Of a stretch of DNA of 64,000 bases, positions 45,605 to 59,000 are shown one piece after another. The DNA comes from Lama guanicoe (Eukaryota), in assembly GCA_013239625.1 (NCBI GenBank), contig MU055549.1, forward strand, positions 372,001 through 436,000, written 5' to 3'. The notes below the pieces were generated by a model. The model was not told the origin of the DNA, did not search any database, and saw only the letters and a list, made by a program, of their open reading frames with translations. The translations under genes and the position numbers were made by a program. Numbering within the stretch: position 1 is the stretch's first letter; every line of letters begins with the position of its first letter.

Positions 45605-46500
45605 AGTTTGGGATAATTCTAGACATGCAGGCAGGTTGCAGTGACAACATGGTCCCTGTGTTTCCCTCAGATGAACATTTTATTCCACCGTGGAACTTTG
45701 GCAAAGCTAATTAGTTAACATCGCACAGTCCTGCTGACTAAACCACAAACTTTGTTGGGTCGTACCAGGTTTCTGTCTAATGTCCTCTTTCTGTTCCAGG
45801 ATCTTGTCCCGGTGCTGAGCTGCATTCAGTCGTCCTGTCCCCCGAGTCTCCCTTGGGCTGTGGCCGTTTCCAAATCTTCTTTTCCATACCCTCAACATTT
45901 TGAGGAAACTTAAATTATTTTGTGGCATGTCCCTCAATTTGGGTTTGTCTGGTGTCTTCTTGTGATTAGACTGGGTTCTGGGTTCTGGAAAGAGATCACA
46001 AAGGTGATGTGCCATCTTACTACGTCACATCAGGATGCATGGCTGTGGCATGGCTGCATCTCCCCACCGGCAGGTCGCCCTCTCCTGTCCTGCCCCGCAG
46101 TGGGGGCCCATCACCAGCTCCACCACACGGGGCGGGGGTAACAAGCTGAACCTCCTGGGGCCGTGGGTGCCGGTGCCTCCTGCGGTTCTTCCCATCTATT
46201 CACTCCCCCAGTTGTCTGTCTACATCAGTGCAGACACACAGGTGCTTATCCTCTTCCTGTGTCACAGCGCATCACTGCCCACGTGGTGCTCAGGCCCCCG
46301 GCTCTGGCCCTGGGAGCCCTTCACATTCTTCTTGGCTTGTGTCCTGTGGATGTGACCTGCCGTCCATCTCCCTTCCTAGCACTCCCCAGCTCCTGGCTCG
46401 CGTGGTACTTTCCCATCCTCTCCCTGAAATCAGCCATTTCCTTTCTTCGGGGGAGAATAGTATCTAGAAACCAAGGTTTGGGTACAGGATGCATTTGGGT
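45605..46500 (-). mobile_element. ancient L1MC-type 3' region (antisense)
   Basis: aatgtcctctttctgttccaggatc...tccctcaatttgggtttgtctggtgtcttcttgtgattagactggg...agtatctagaaaccaag resembles the L1MC 3' UTR. Confidence 0.65.
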
Positions 46501-46521
46501 ACAGGGTGTCATTGCTTCTGG

Positions 46522-46725
46522 GTCAGTGATTCTGGGGGCAGTTTTGCTCCCCAGGGGGTATTTGGCGATGTCTGGGGGCATGGTTGGTTGTCACAACTTG
46601 GGGGGCAGTGCTGCTGGCACCTAGAGAGTAGAGACCAGAGCTGCTGCCTGGCATCCTACAGGCGCGGGACGGCACCATGGCAGAGTCATCCACCTGAAAG
46701 GTCAGTGGTGGTGTGACCGAAGCCT
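46522..46725. mobile_element. MER20 hAT-Charlie DNA transposon
   Basis: cagtgattctgggggcagttttgctccccagggggtatttggcgatgtctggg...ttggttgtcacaact...tgctgctggcacctag. Confidence 0.75.
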
Positions 46726-48356
46726 TGCAGCAGCAGCTGGGGACCTTGTGCATGCCCTGCATCTCTGTGCCCGACCACCTCCCACCGTGGGCTCTGCCAT
46801 AGTTTCATTCTCTGGTAGTGGGAGGCCTGGCGCCCACGTCTCCGATTCTACCTGCCAACCCACCCACCCAGGGAGAAGCCAGCTCCCCACCAGAATGTGG
46901 TCTTTACTGCAGTTCTTTTGTGTTTGGTTCGGTTCCCCTTCAAAACCCCGTTTCCTCGGCTGCTGAGGCCTGCCCCTGCAGGTGGGAGAGGCAGTGAGGA
47001 GGTGGGGGCTATGGGGCTATGGGGCCAGGGACGTGGCAGCTTGAGCCCGTCCCGTCCCAAGAGGACCACCATGTCCTGGCAGAATCAAACAGCAGTGGAA
47101 CTAACACAGCCCCGGTTGGTGGGCCTGTGGGCTGGGTGAGGGTACCCTGCTTTCCCAGGCCCAGGCCCAGCCCCAGCCCCAGGGAGGGGAGCGGCCCCTC
47201 GGCCACTGGTTGCTGCACAAGGACTGCCCCGAGCCCTGTATCTTGGGCTCTGCCTGGCTGCCTGGTGTCCCGCAGGCCTTCTCCACGTGATGTGTGCTGG
47301 TGCCGGCCCAGGGGCTCCTGGGACTTGCTGCTGGCACACTGATCTCCAGGGAGTGGAACCTCCCCCGGCGAGGAGCTTCGGTGTCTGCCCACCCCCGCCA
47401 TCCCCCCAACTTCCGCCCAGGGTGGGTGCTCCATTCAACGTGGGAGGGGCTGAGAAGGGGTGGGGTGGGGCCTTGCTGGGCAACTGGCTGCTAGTTCTCA
47501 GAGAAAAACGTGTTGATTTGATCCAAGCTGGCACAGCGAAGGGACATTAGTGCTTTACTTGTGTCTCAGGAGGAGTAAAAACCAGGGTTCAGTGATTCTA
47601 AGGTGAGTGAGGACCCAGATGTCTCTCCCGCCCCCAAATCAGAGCCACGTGACCACAGCAGCTCCTGCCCACAGTAACGCAACTTTACTAGCCCCTCATC
47701 TGGGTTGCAGAACTTCCCCTCCCGGGACCCTCCTGCTGGCAGAGGGCTTCGGCATTCACTGCACACCGCCTGCCCCAACGCATCCACAGAAAACAGCAGC
47801 TCACACCCAGAACTCTGGCATTCTGCCCCTCCCTCTGTGATGTCCACCAATCCTGGACGATAGATGCATCAGGGCCCTTCCTGGGGGTGACCAAGACCCC
47901 GGGATCACCCCAGCCTTCCCCCAGTGAGGATGAGGTGCCGCCTGGTCCAGCCCGTGGGCTCGTGGCGAGGTCTGCGCCGGGATGGGCAGGGTTTGTGGCA
48001 GAGCGGCTTCAAGGCCATGGAGCTGGGAGGCCTTGGCAGGTCAGCCATTTGGGAGATTTGCTGGGTCCTCCTCCAGAGGCGAGTATTTCCTGTGGCAGCA
48101 GAGTGAGTCTGCTTGCTCTCAGGCCTGAAGTCGTGGGGTTTCCATCCTGGGGAGCCTAGCCCTCTGAGCACCATCCGAGGACATCGCTGTGACCTGAGCC
48201 CTTCTGGTCCTCTCTCGCCTCCACAAACACCCCTGAAGACAAGCACCCCTGAAGCTGTCTTCATCTGGCTCCAGGGGGCCACCCTGACCCACCGAGCAGC
48301 GCCACTTTGGAGATAAATTAAATCAGCCCCATGGAAGCCGCCTCTGTAGAAATGAT

Positions 48357-48362
48357 TTTATT
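48357..48362 (-). terminator. KNDC1 polyadenylation signal (candidate)
   Basis: AATAAA on the minus strand ~1.4 kb after the stop, beyond an AT-rich distal 3' UTR. Confidence 0.6.
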
Positions 48363-49793
48363 TAGAAACCTGTGCCGTGAGCGTTAGGGCAGCATGCAAA
48401 GTCGTGCTAAAGCCAGAAGCCCGGCCACTCCCCGTGGATGAAGAGTTACAGTTGGAATGCTTACTTGTGCTGGACACTGACTTCATTTCAGGCTTTGTGA
48501 CACTACCTTTGTTGAATTTAAATTCCGAAAATGTTATGAGTTGTTTAGCAGAACATAATGCTCATATAAAAGCCTAAAAATAACAAGCCACGTTTGCATG
48601 GCCAGGAGTGTAAGCAGGACCCAGACGTCTCGAGTGAATAATACGGGAAAACATTGACATTAAAAATTCAGCATTTCATCACAGGTAGCGGTGTTCCTAG
48701 AAATACCGCTAGTTGGTTGATCTGAAGAATCACTAATGCTATAGCTCATCTTGGGTCTTGTGGCGATCTGCAACGGAAAAACGTTGGTGCCTGGGATGGC
48801 GCTGGGGGTCTGGCCTCCCTTTGTGGGGGTGTGACACACCGCGCTGGTCCCTGTGCCCCCCGCAGAGCCTTTCCTTCCCCCACGGAGCAAAGCTGACACC
48901 AGCACTTTGGAAACAGCCCTGGGGAAGAGCGAGGCACCGCTGAGGCAGCGAACTCCACTGCCTGGTCCGTCTGACGGAGCGCCGGTGGCCGCAGCCTTGG
49001 GAGCCAGGCGGGGGCGTGTGCGTCACATGCGTGGTTGTTGAAGATGGACCCCGGGCCCCCAGACAGGGCAGGGGGACACTCAGGGCCCTGGGGCTGCTGT
49101 CTGAGTCCTGCCTCCTTTGGAAGCAGAGCCTTGGCCCTGGCGTGCCTGCCCCACCAGTTCTAAGTGGGGGCAGTGGGCACGGGGGGCCGCTTGGAGTCTG
49201 CCTGTGGGAGCTTGGGAGGCTGGGCTGGGACCGGGCTGGCAGGGAGGGCTGCGGGCTGGGCCAGCCCCACCTGGGACGGCGAAGACAGGGATGTCTGACA
49301 GGGAGGGCGTGTGGACCCACTGGGGGCTCGGGCCACCAGGAAGCCTCAGGGCCCTGATGGAAGGTTTCAGAACCCCTTGGAATCTGGTCGGCATGGGGGT
49401 CAGAGGTCAGTGGCTGGGCAGACACAGGCCAGACTCTCGGAAACACTGCTTCCGGAGGGCCTTGGGGGTCAGGCTGGACCACCACGTGCTGGGTGAAAGC
49501 TGTTTATCTGAGAAGTGTGAGTGAGTATCTGGCTCCTGAGCAGTTTACTTACTCCGTTTTCATTTGCAGTTCAAACCTTTAATCTTAGATTCTAGCAGAA
49601 ACTCCCTCAGCCTCCACCGTCTGTGCTCCCGGGTCTGGGTCTGAGCTGCATGCTCCCGCCCCCTCGGCGCCCCTCCTGGGCCCGCCCGGCTGCTCTCGGC
49701 GGCTGTGCAGACCCCGGCGCACGCGGCAGACACCGGGCCCCCCAGCCCCAGCTCCGTCCGTGGTTTGGGTTCTGCTCAGACCCGCGTCCTCCG

Positions 49794-50025
49794 TCACTGG
49801 AATGTGGCTTTCATCCTCCGTAGCTTGTCCTGAATCTTCCTGCAGTGCTTCTCACTGGCCACGTGGTGGGAGCCGGCCCTGCTGTCGGCGGCGAGGGCGG
49901 AGATGTCGGCCCCGCTGAAGCGGGCGATCCTCTGCTTGAGGTAGGACTGCAGCTTGGGGTCGGGGGCAAAGGTGTAGGGGTTCTCCTGGAACGCGTGGAC
50001 CTGGCTTGCCACCTTGGCTATGTTT
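49794..50025 (-). CDS. KNDC1: KNDC1 last coding exon
   Basis: acacag|NIAKVASQVHAFQENPY...RRMKATFQ* (TGA 49794-49796). Confidence 0.94.
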
Positions 50026-53000
50026 CTGTGTCGGGAAGAAATGAGCCGTGAGTCTGCACCAGTCGTGGGCTGGTGGGCTCCCAGCTGCTCAGGCACCGTC
50101 CAGACCAGGTGCAGACTCTGAGGGGTCAGTATTCTGCGTTTAATCACAAGGCCAAGCCTCATTTCCTGACTCAGGCCGGTTTGTCCACCCCGCCACCCTC
50201 CGTCTCTGTCCATCCATCCATCCATCTGTCCATCCACACACTCTTCATCCCACAACACTGAAAATTTACTGTCAGTGCTAGAAGTCTCCAGTGGATAAAC
50301 TACTAGGGGAGCACAGAGGAGGCGGGTGGGGGGGACGCGGGGTGACTCCAGGAGTGAGTTCCGTGATCGCACATTTTACTGCAGCTCCGCGTTCAGTGAC
50401 CTGACAGGGCAGCTCTCAAGCTGCCGCTGGGGCCGTGTTGACACCCTGGGGGCGGGCCACCCCGTGAACCAGCCCGTCCCTCCTGAGAGCTGGAGGTTAG
50501 GCAGCGAGCAGCACACCACTGGGTGTGGTCCAAGAAAACGGGCCTCAGAACAGAGGCCTTGGTTCTGCCCGGGGAGGCCGTGGACTCTGCAGACAGATGT
50601 TCCCATCCTGATTTTGGATGAAGAAACAGTTTGTCCCATACCAACACTTGTTGTTAACGAAAAGACAGGGTGTCCACACGTGCATACGTGAACTGAGTCG
50701 GGGAGGGCCGCCCTTCGCTCCCAGCCCAGGCCCTCTGTGGACGGGGCGTTCCCTTTCATTCTTGGCCTCCATTTTGCTGACAGGGTTTTTCCGACCTCCT
50801 GCAATGAGCGCATGTGTGGTCTCTCTTAAATCCTGTTGTTAAATTGGTGACTGAACGGGGTCTTGCTTGCGGCAGGTTGGAACCACTGGGCTCCAGGTCC
50901 CCTGGGCTGTGCTCGCTCTCGGCCCTGAGGAGGCCTGGCTGCCTCCACCTGACGGCCCTTGTGGGCGATGAGGAGGGCAAGTGGGGTGAAAGGCTGTGGG
51001 GCGAGGGTCTCCCTGGGGACGGGCTGGCCCTGTCCTGAGAGGCACTGCCGGCCTGAGGGCTCCTGGGAGAGGCCTGCAGGGGGTGGGGCGTGGCAGGGCA
51101 CGCCCCCACCTGTGCCTTCTGAGGCCAAAATGAGCGAGGGAGTCTCATGTCCCTGGTGGGGCCGTGGTGGTGGTTCTCGCGAACATCCACCGGCCTGCTC
51201 CTCCCAGGTGGGTCCCCAGGTGTGCTGGACAGGTGAACGGACAGCTCTGGGGAGAGGGGCCCAAGGGGGGACAGCAGAGGCAGGGAGAGAGGGAAGATGT
51301 GTCTGGGGGGTCAGGAAAGTGGTCGCACAGAGGTGGGGTTCAGGTCCCTGGATCTCTCAACAGGAAGGGAGGTCACGGTGACCTTGTGGCAGTGGTTGGG
51401 ACCAGGGGTGCCTGAAGTCTGGGAAATGTTGACTCCATGTTTGTGGAGAAAGGTGGCTGGGGGCCACCTGGGCGAGAGGGTGTGGAGGCCTGGGCTGGGG
51501 GGGGGTACTGAGTCAGGGGTGGGTAGCCAAGGCCTCAGAGGAACAGGAGAGATGGGGGAGGCCCCTGACCTGGCTTGCTCTGCCTGTGGGCGCCTCACCT
51601 GAGCTTGCTCCACCTGTGGGCCCCATTGGTCATGGTGAAGCCCCCTGTCTCCAGCTGCTGGATGTGCATGGCCAGGAGGTGGGCTGAGGGCAGGGTAGGC
51701 TGGGCCCGGAAGCGACGTCCTTCCATCAGACACAGGCTGTCACTCTTCAGGAAGACCTGGGGGCCCAGCCAGGGGCATAGGCGAGGGGGATGGGCAAGAG
51801 GTCAGCCCAGGGAGCCCAGCAGGGGTCGGCTCGGCCCGGCCAATCCTGGTTGGCACCTGTATTCCCACCGCACGGGCTGCAGCACCCTGATCCTTGTCCA
51901 CTCCACATGTGCCTTGGGTCATTGGATTGGGACAGAAAGTCCAGGTGTCCGAAGCTTGCAGACGCAAAAGGCCGCTGACACCCATCAGAAAGTGCACTTC
52001 CCACCACTGAAGAGGCAAATCCCTCCCCTAACTTACTCTCCAGGCTCGAGAAAAGAGCCCGATGACCCCACTGCCCAAATTAGACAGAGACCTGGGCTGG
52101 CCGGCTGCAGGGGCCCCTGTGTCTGGTGTCAGCTGGGGACACACACCAGTCCTGCCCCCGGCAGGGAGGTGTGCCTGGGCCTGCCTGGCGCCGGGCCGGG
52201 CTGCTCTGGCCACCTCACTGTGGGAAATGCCTCATCCTCCAAACAGCATTTCCTCATTTATGGTCCCATGAGGTGGCCCGAGGCAGGTGGGTCAGCCAAG
52301 CTCAGGCCTGGCCTCGAGGCACCTGTGCCCTGTGCAGGAAGCCAGCAGCCCAGCAGGCAAGGCTCCTGGAGCTTCCAAGGCCGTGCACAATTATGAGGGC
52401 GCCAGGAGGTGGGCGCCCCCACCCCCGGGTGCAGAGCACCCAAGACCCCTGTGGTTGAAAGTCACCAGAAGCTCCCCACAAAGCACTGGTACCTCCACGG
52501 CCTTCAGCTCCTCCATGACCTCGGCTATCTTGGCGGGTAAAATCCTCCAGGCCTGAAATGGAAGCACAGGTGAGACCCCACGGCCGCAGCACTGCCCACT
52601 GCACGGGCTCAGCCCTCGGGGACTCACAGGGCACTGCCGCACGGCCGGGTGCTCCAGGCCGCCCAGGATCTGCATGGCTGTTGCGAAGTTCCTCTGCTCG
52701 TAGCAGGATTTTGCAATCAGCAAAAACTTGGAGAGCAAATTCACCTGCAGCTGAAACCAGAGAATGGGCTGCTCAGCGACCTCCTGTCGAAGACGGGGGA
52801 CCAGGGCACAGAGCCCACGTGGGTGCATGACGGCCAGGGAGATGGGCAGGAGGCCCAGGGAACAAGAAGGCACAAAGGCGGGAAGAGAAGTCAAGCCCCC
52901 TTCTCTCCCACGACAGAGCCCTGCTCCAGGAGCAAGACTGCGGGGGGACCAGGAGGGGCGCCCGGCTCAGGAAGGCAGAGGCCGCTGCAGGACAGGGTTC

Positions 53001-56000
53001 CCACACTGGGCCGGGGGTCTGGCCCCACTCGCTCCCAGTGCTCCCTCGGGGTTCGCTGGTCAGCAGGGCAGTTCACCGGATTGGACAGGAACACCCCCCC
53101 CAGAACCCCCGCTGCCCCCAGTGGGACTCTCCTTCCCGACAGGTTGTGCCCCTCAGCAGACCTGATGGGCTGAGTTCACGGCTCTACAGTTAGCACTTGC
53201 ATTCCACACAATTCGCGAGACTCCTGGGAGATTCTGGAGAACTCAGCTGACCCCTACTTCAGAGCTGCCTCAGCCCGTACTGTCGCCATGACTAGGGCCA
53301 TTCGTCAGGTAGGAGCATTGCCCACAGTCCCATCAGACGCCCGTCTGTGGACTTGATCCTTCTCTGCAGGGATTCTGGTTGATCTAGGTCACAGGTCGGG
53401 CCCTGGGGGTCATTTGCCACCGTGGCCTCCCAGCTGTCTGGCTTGAGTGCCTCTTAAAGGATCTTGAGAAGCATTTACTCGCTCCTACTTAAGTTGGCAT
53501 CTCATTTTTCTTTTGTAGGTTTAGAAGGATGCGAAGTATGTAGTTTGCAGCACGTTCCAACAGACCACTCCCCCAGCGTAGAGTGAGCCCCTGGTGGAAT
53601 CACGCCGTGTTCCTCCTCTAGAGACCGGTTACTCCACGCAGCCCCTGCTCACCACGCCGTGGGGTGTGGCACGACCTGGGTCCTCTCTGGGCTGAGGGGT
53701 GTTTGCTGCGTGCACGTGCTTGTGTGTGTCCAGTGCCCGTCGATGGACGGACACCCGGGCTGCTGCTTTGTCTTGGCCGCTGGGCCCGTCCCTGAAGGCT
53801 GCCTGATGGAGTCAGGGCCCCGTTTTTCTCTCGGTCCCACCAGTACTCATCGCAAGACACTCTTCTGTAAGGTGAGAAACTTCACACTGTTTCTTCTTGA
53901 CCTCGCGTTCCCACCGTTCCTCGCAGGATGTGATACGAACGGCGTGCACCGTCATCACTGAGGGTTTTATTAACGCTCCCATTACATTCTCTGGCTCAAA
54001 TTGTGAATTTTAACAGCTTTCTGAGACTGGAGTTTACAAACGTAGATGCCAGTCTCCCAGGGCGCCCTGACATCACCGTGCACACAGGTAGCACAGGGAG
54101 CACGTGGCCACTGGACGCGGCCAGCGCCCCTGCTGAGACCCGCCCTCGCAGCTTCACTGGGTGCTCCTGGCTGCTCCCCTCCGTCCAGTGTTGGGGTGGG
54201 TGTTGCTCTTTTGCATCCTGCGCTCGCAGGGACGTGGGACTCGGTCACACGACACAGGTTTGTCACGGCGCCGGCCCCGCCTGCCCTCCCGCTGGTGCCT
54301 CCCGGTAGAGTCTGGAGATGAGCTTTGTCCTGCGGACTGACAGCACAGGCCGGGGGCACCAGCTGCCCCTTTGTGGGGGCCCGTGGGCAGGGCAGCTGTG
54401 ACTCAGACTCCGGAGCTCAGGTCAGTTCCCGTCCCCTGGGAAGTCTTTGCGAAGCCCACCCACACAGGCCTCTGAGAATTCCCTGATCTGGGGAAACTGC
54501 ACTTCAGTGTCACTCAGGATACTCAAAACACCATGGATTAGCACAGACCGGGGCGGGGGGGTGTCCTGGCAGAATTGGGCATGGCCAATCTGTGAGCTAA
54601 TAAACCCCTAAAATTAGAAGCCCCCCCAAAAGGGGAGAGAGCAGGGGTTTGGGGGACACGCAGGAACCCGGAGAAGGAGAGGCTCTCAGGGCCGGCCGGA
54701 CGCATCTTGGCTTCACCGTCTGATGGGGAGGTGGCGGCCTCGGTGGGCTCTGGGGCAGCTCCTGGGGCAGAGCGGTGGTGCCCCCCCGAGCACCCCCCTG
54801 GTGCACTCAGCCCACTGCAGGGGTTGCGGTGGGGGGCTCACGCCTGGGGAGCTGATTATTTGGGCCCAGGAGGCAGTGGATATTCACCCACGGGAGGGGC
54901 CACGTGACAGCAGGGGCCCCATGGGCCTCACACTCATTCCTCCGCTTGTCACTGGACGCCTCACAAGGGCAGGGACACAGTGACCGCCACCTGGGCAGGG
55001 AACTGACCTCAGGTGGGAGGCCTTGGCAGCGGGTTGCTCACTGGGCAGACTTTGGAGGGGCTCTGTCTCCCTGGCTTCTCCTGAGTGGGTGGGACTTGAG
55101 GGGGCGCTGGCCTTCAGGTGGGTGGCAGCTCCTCTTGGGCAGCCCAGGGCCTGCCTGAAGCAGGTAGGTGGGTCCAGGCTGGGCCCGTGGGGCCCAGGAG
55201 AGTCAGCCTGGGTCCTGGAGCCAGACCTCGACTGGGCTGCTGACCAGCGTTCCATTTGTTCCGCAAACTGGCAGAGGACACACCAGTGCGTGTGCTGATG
55301 AGCCCGCGAGCTCAGGCCAGTGGGGCAGTCGGAAATCACAGTTCCCAGCCCTGGGTCACGATTGAGGCAGGAGCTGGGGGGCGCCCGGGGGCTGTGCTCT
55401 GGTGGATTCTGGGGGGGGGGCCGCCGTGGGTGAGTGACACTGTGCTGGGGCCTGTGAGAGGGACCGTGTGTGTGAGCACCTGGGCCGCGAGGGGCTGGGA
55501 GCGACAGACACCCTGCCTGTGTGAGGTCCACCTCATGGTGATGGGCCTGGGCAGGCCCGGAGCCCCGAAGCACCCCCAGCAGAGGGGCCCCCTTTGCCAG
55601 TAGGGTCTACGGGCTTGCAGAGAGGGGCCCTCGCTGCAGGTGGATCCTGGCCCTGCACTGGCACTGACCTTGGAGGCGTGGCTGGTTACGATCTCTGCGG
55701 CCACCCACGTGCTGACGTCGTCTGCGCTTCTTAAAAGCTGCAACAGGTACTTGTCCTGGACGTAACTGGGCAGAAATAGGCTGCAGGCTTTGGCTGACAG
55801 AGACTCGGAGGAACAGGCTCTGGAAGAGACACAAGCGCCTGTCACAGCTGGAGCATGGGGTGGCCCTTGGGGCCCAGGCGGCCGTTGGGATGGGCCCTGC
55901 GTTGGGGGGGGTCGGGCTTCAAGGTGGAGCCCCACGAGGCGTCTCCCTTCGGCCAAGCGTGTCCGGGAGACACTCGGGTGAAGCCCCCAAGACCCTCCGG

Positions 56001-59000
56001 CCAAGCCCACGTCCAAGGTTTGTCGGATGCCCGCGGCGGACACTCACTTTGGGACGGCTGCACTTTTGTCTGTGACGCCCAGGGCCCGTGAGTTTAGGAA
56101 GTGGACGGGATGGCACTTTTGAAACAGCTCCTGTGGAGACAAGGACACAGATCCGACAGCACGCGGGGCCGGGGCATTTCTGCAGTCAGGCTGGGTCCCC
56201 CGGACTCCGTACCGGCCCAGTGACAGCAGGTGGGGTCACCGAGTCCCTGTCACTGCTGTCACCTGCCAAGTGACGGGGCCCAGGATGGCAGAGGTCCCCA
56301 CCTGCTGCAGCAGCGTCAGCTGGCTGAAGAGCTGATGGGTGCTGTACTCGGTCAGGAAGTAGGGCCCCTTCTCGCTGGCCTTGGCGTAGGGGCCGCACAA
56401 GTCCTCGAAGAAGCAGGGCTTGGGCAGGGCGGACGCGATGCTGTACTGGCGCTCCTTGTGGTGAGGCAGCGCCAGCCCGTTGCCCCGGGACAGCCTCCAG
56501 GGGAAGCTCTGCAGGGCAGGAGGTGCAGGTCTGCGGACGCCCCTCCAGGTGGGGGGCCCCAGGCCCCGGACCTCTCAGACCGGCCCAGCTGAGCCACAGG
56601 GCAGTCCTTCCTGCCTGCAGCCATGCTGGCTCGAGGACGTTTCAGCGGGTCCCGGGAAAGAGCTGCTGAAGTTTGGGGCTGTCTGCACGTGTTATGGTGA
56701 GGTCCCTTCAGACTCCACCCCTATCCCAGGCCTTTTCCTGACCCAGACCTTGGCTGGAGGTTCAGGGAGGTGAGGTCTGAGACCCTGGCCAGCCCTCTGC
56801 TGTCCTTGTCCAGGGCCTGGGGTGGGGAGTGCCAGCCCCACAGGGCTGGTGCCCAGGAGGGGCCACAGGGGGAGTGTGTACATGTATGAGCACATGAGCA
56901 CAGGTGTGCGTGCATGCCCCACGCTGGGCTCAGAAGCAACACCCGCCTGCCCTGGATGCCCCATCAGGAAAGGCCGCACCTTTCGGGAGATGCCGTCCTC
57001 CGAGAGCCTCTTACAGAGGGCGTTGAGGGGCCTGGTGTCCTCCTCCACCTCCCTGGGGTCCTCCAGGTCTGTGCCACGTGGGGCGCCCTCGGCCCGGCGC
57101 TCAGTGCCTGCCTCCAGGAGGCTCAGCAGGTGCTCTGCGGAGCTGTCCAGGGGCAGGATCTGGGCAGAAGCACATGGGGGTCGCCTGCGGCCCCCACTCA
57201 CAGGGCCCCACCCTTGGGGGTGCCAGCCGCCCAGGGCACCTGGGAGGAGATGAAGTCCTGGAGCCTCCCCAGGAGCCCGGCGTTCCTGGTGAAGTCCACA
57301 GCATAGCAGTCCTCCAGCCAGGCCTGCAGCAGGCAGAAGCTCCTCTTGTAGATCTTGGTGAAGGTGGACGTGGGGTCCTGGTGGGCCCTGGAGGCAGATG
57401 GGGAGGCCTGAGCCACGGAGGGGCCCCTGCCAGTACCACCGTGAGAGCCTGGCATGGGCTGGTGCCTCCCCGGGGTCGCACCACCAAGCTGTGGGGAGTG
57501 GAGGGGGCAGGCAGGGGGCAGCTGTGGGGTCTGAACGTGTCTGTCTCCAAGGGGCACTTTGGGCCCACCTCGCCCCACCTGGGGGCAGAGGCTGCCACAG
57601 GGTGGGGGGTGATGACAGGCCAGCTTGGAGAGAGCTGGTCCAGGCACTGCCCGCCCCCTCTTCCCTCACTGACCCTGCCCGACGGCCCAGTGCACACCCA
57701 CCTTCCCACCCGTCCCTGCCCCCGTCCTCTGCGTCCCCATTCCCGCCGTAGGCATCCTGCCGCCTGTCCCTGGCCGCCGTCCCCTCCTGTCACTGCTGAC
57801 CCCCTCTCTGTGGCCCGTCTGCACCCTTTGCCTTCTGTGCCCTCGTGCCCCTCGGGGCGCTGGCCGTACCTGGACAGAGTGCCACGGATGCGGTCGAGGA
57901 GGAAGTGCAGGAAGTCCTGAGGCGCGCAGAAGTAGCGGAAGGTGTACAGGAACTGCTGCACGTAGCCCTCCAGGAAGGCGTCGCTGGGGTGGAGGGGCAG
58001 TCAGGCCGCCGCCCGGGGTTCCGGGCGGGTGCACGCACGCGTGTGTGAGTGTGAGCCCCGTGCTGGGAGGGTGGCGGGCAGGAGCACCGCTCAGAAATAA
58101 AAGGGGGAGTTACTGATCACATTAGAAATCCCCAATTATTTCCAGCATGAGGACTTTTTTAACATCAGTTTTTAAGGCCCCCACTGTATCTTCTCTTAGA
58201 AACACTAATTCAGAAAGTCACGGAGCACTTGCAGCCCCAGCCCCAGCCAGAAGTCGCTGAGTTAGGAAAGAGGCAGGTGAGGGCCCTTGAGGAGCGTCCT
58301 CCACATCGGGGTGCCCCGGGGAGCCAGGATCTGGGGGAGTGAGGAGGAGGCGGGGGGCCCAGGAATGCGGGAGTGAGGCACTGGTCACCCAGGGCCTCTG
58401 TGCAGGGACGCTGTGCCCAGGCTCAGGCCAGCACCCTGTGGAGGGGGCGCCACCGGGTCTGTAGGGATGAGCCCCTCCCCTCAGGAGAGATGCTGTGCTC
58501 ACACACGGTCCACATCACACCCCGTGATACCAGCACGTGCGCGCGCACACACACACGCGTCTCCCGGAGCAGCACAGCACGCCTGCGTGGAGGAGGAGGA
58601 AGCGGAGGCCTGGGTCTGAGTGGCAGCCTGGAGCCCCGGCCGGCAGGAAGCCTTCATCAGGGCCAGGAGCAGCCCACCCTGGGAGAACAGGCTCGGGGGA
58701 AGAGGCAGCTGACCTGGCAGGGCCTCCCTGCTCCCCTCTGGCTGCTGAGAGCCATTTCTGGGGTCACCACAGCCTCCAACTCAAAGAAGACCCTGGGCGT
58801 TCGAAGTAGTGTCCCGAGTCCCTAAAAGTGAAGATGGGGGCCAGGCCTCCACTGCCATCTGGGAGGAGGGCTGTATCCAAACTTGACGGGGCGCAGGATG
58901 GGGTCAGACCCCCTGCCCGAGAACCAGGTGGAGCTGGCAGTGCGGACGGAGGGGTGGTGGGGCTGGGGGGGGCCCCGGGGGCCCCTGTGGCCCTGGATGT

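Noticed and set aside
53180-54050. AT-richer intronic block in KNDC1 as an unannotated element
   Set aside because: Probably decayed ancient repeat sequence; I cannot assign a family or boundaries by eye.
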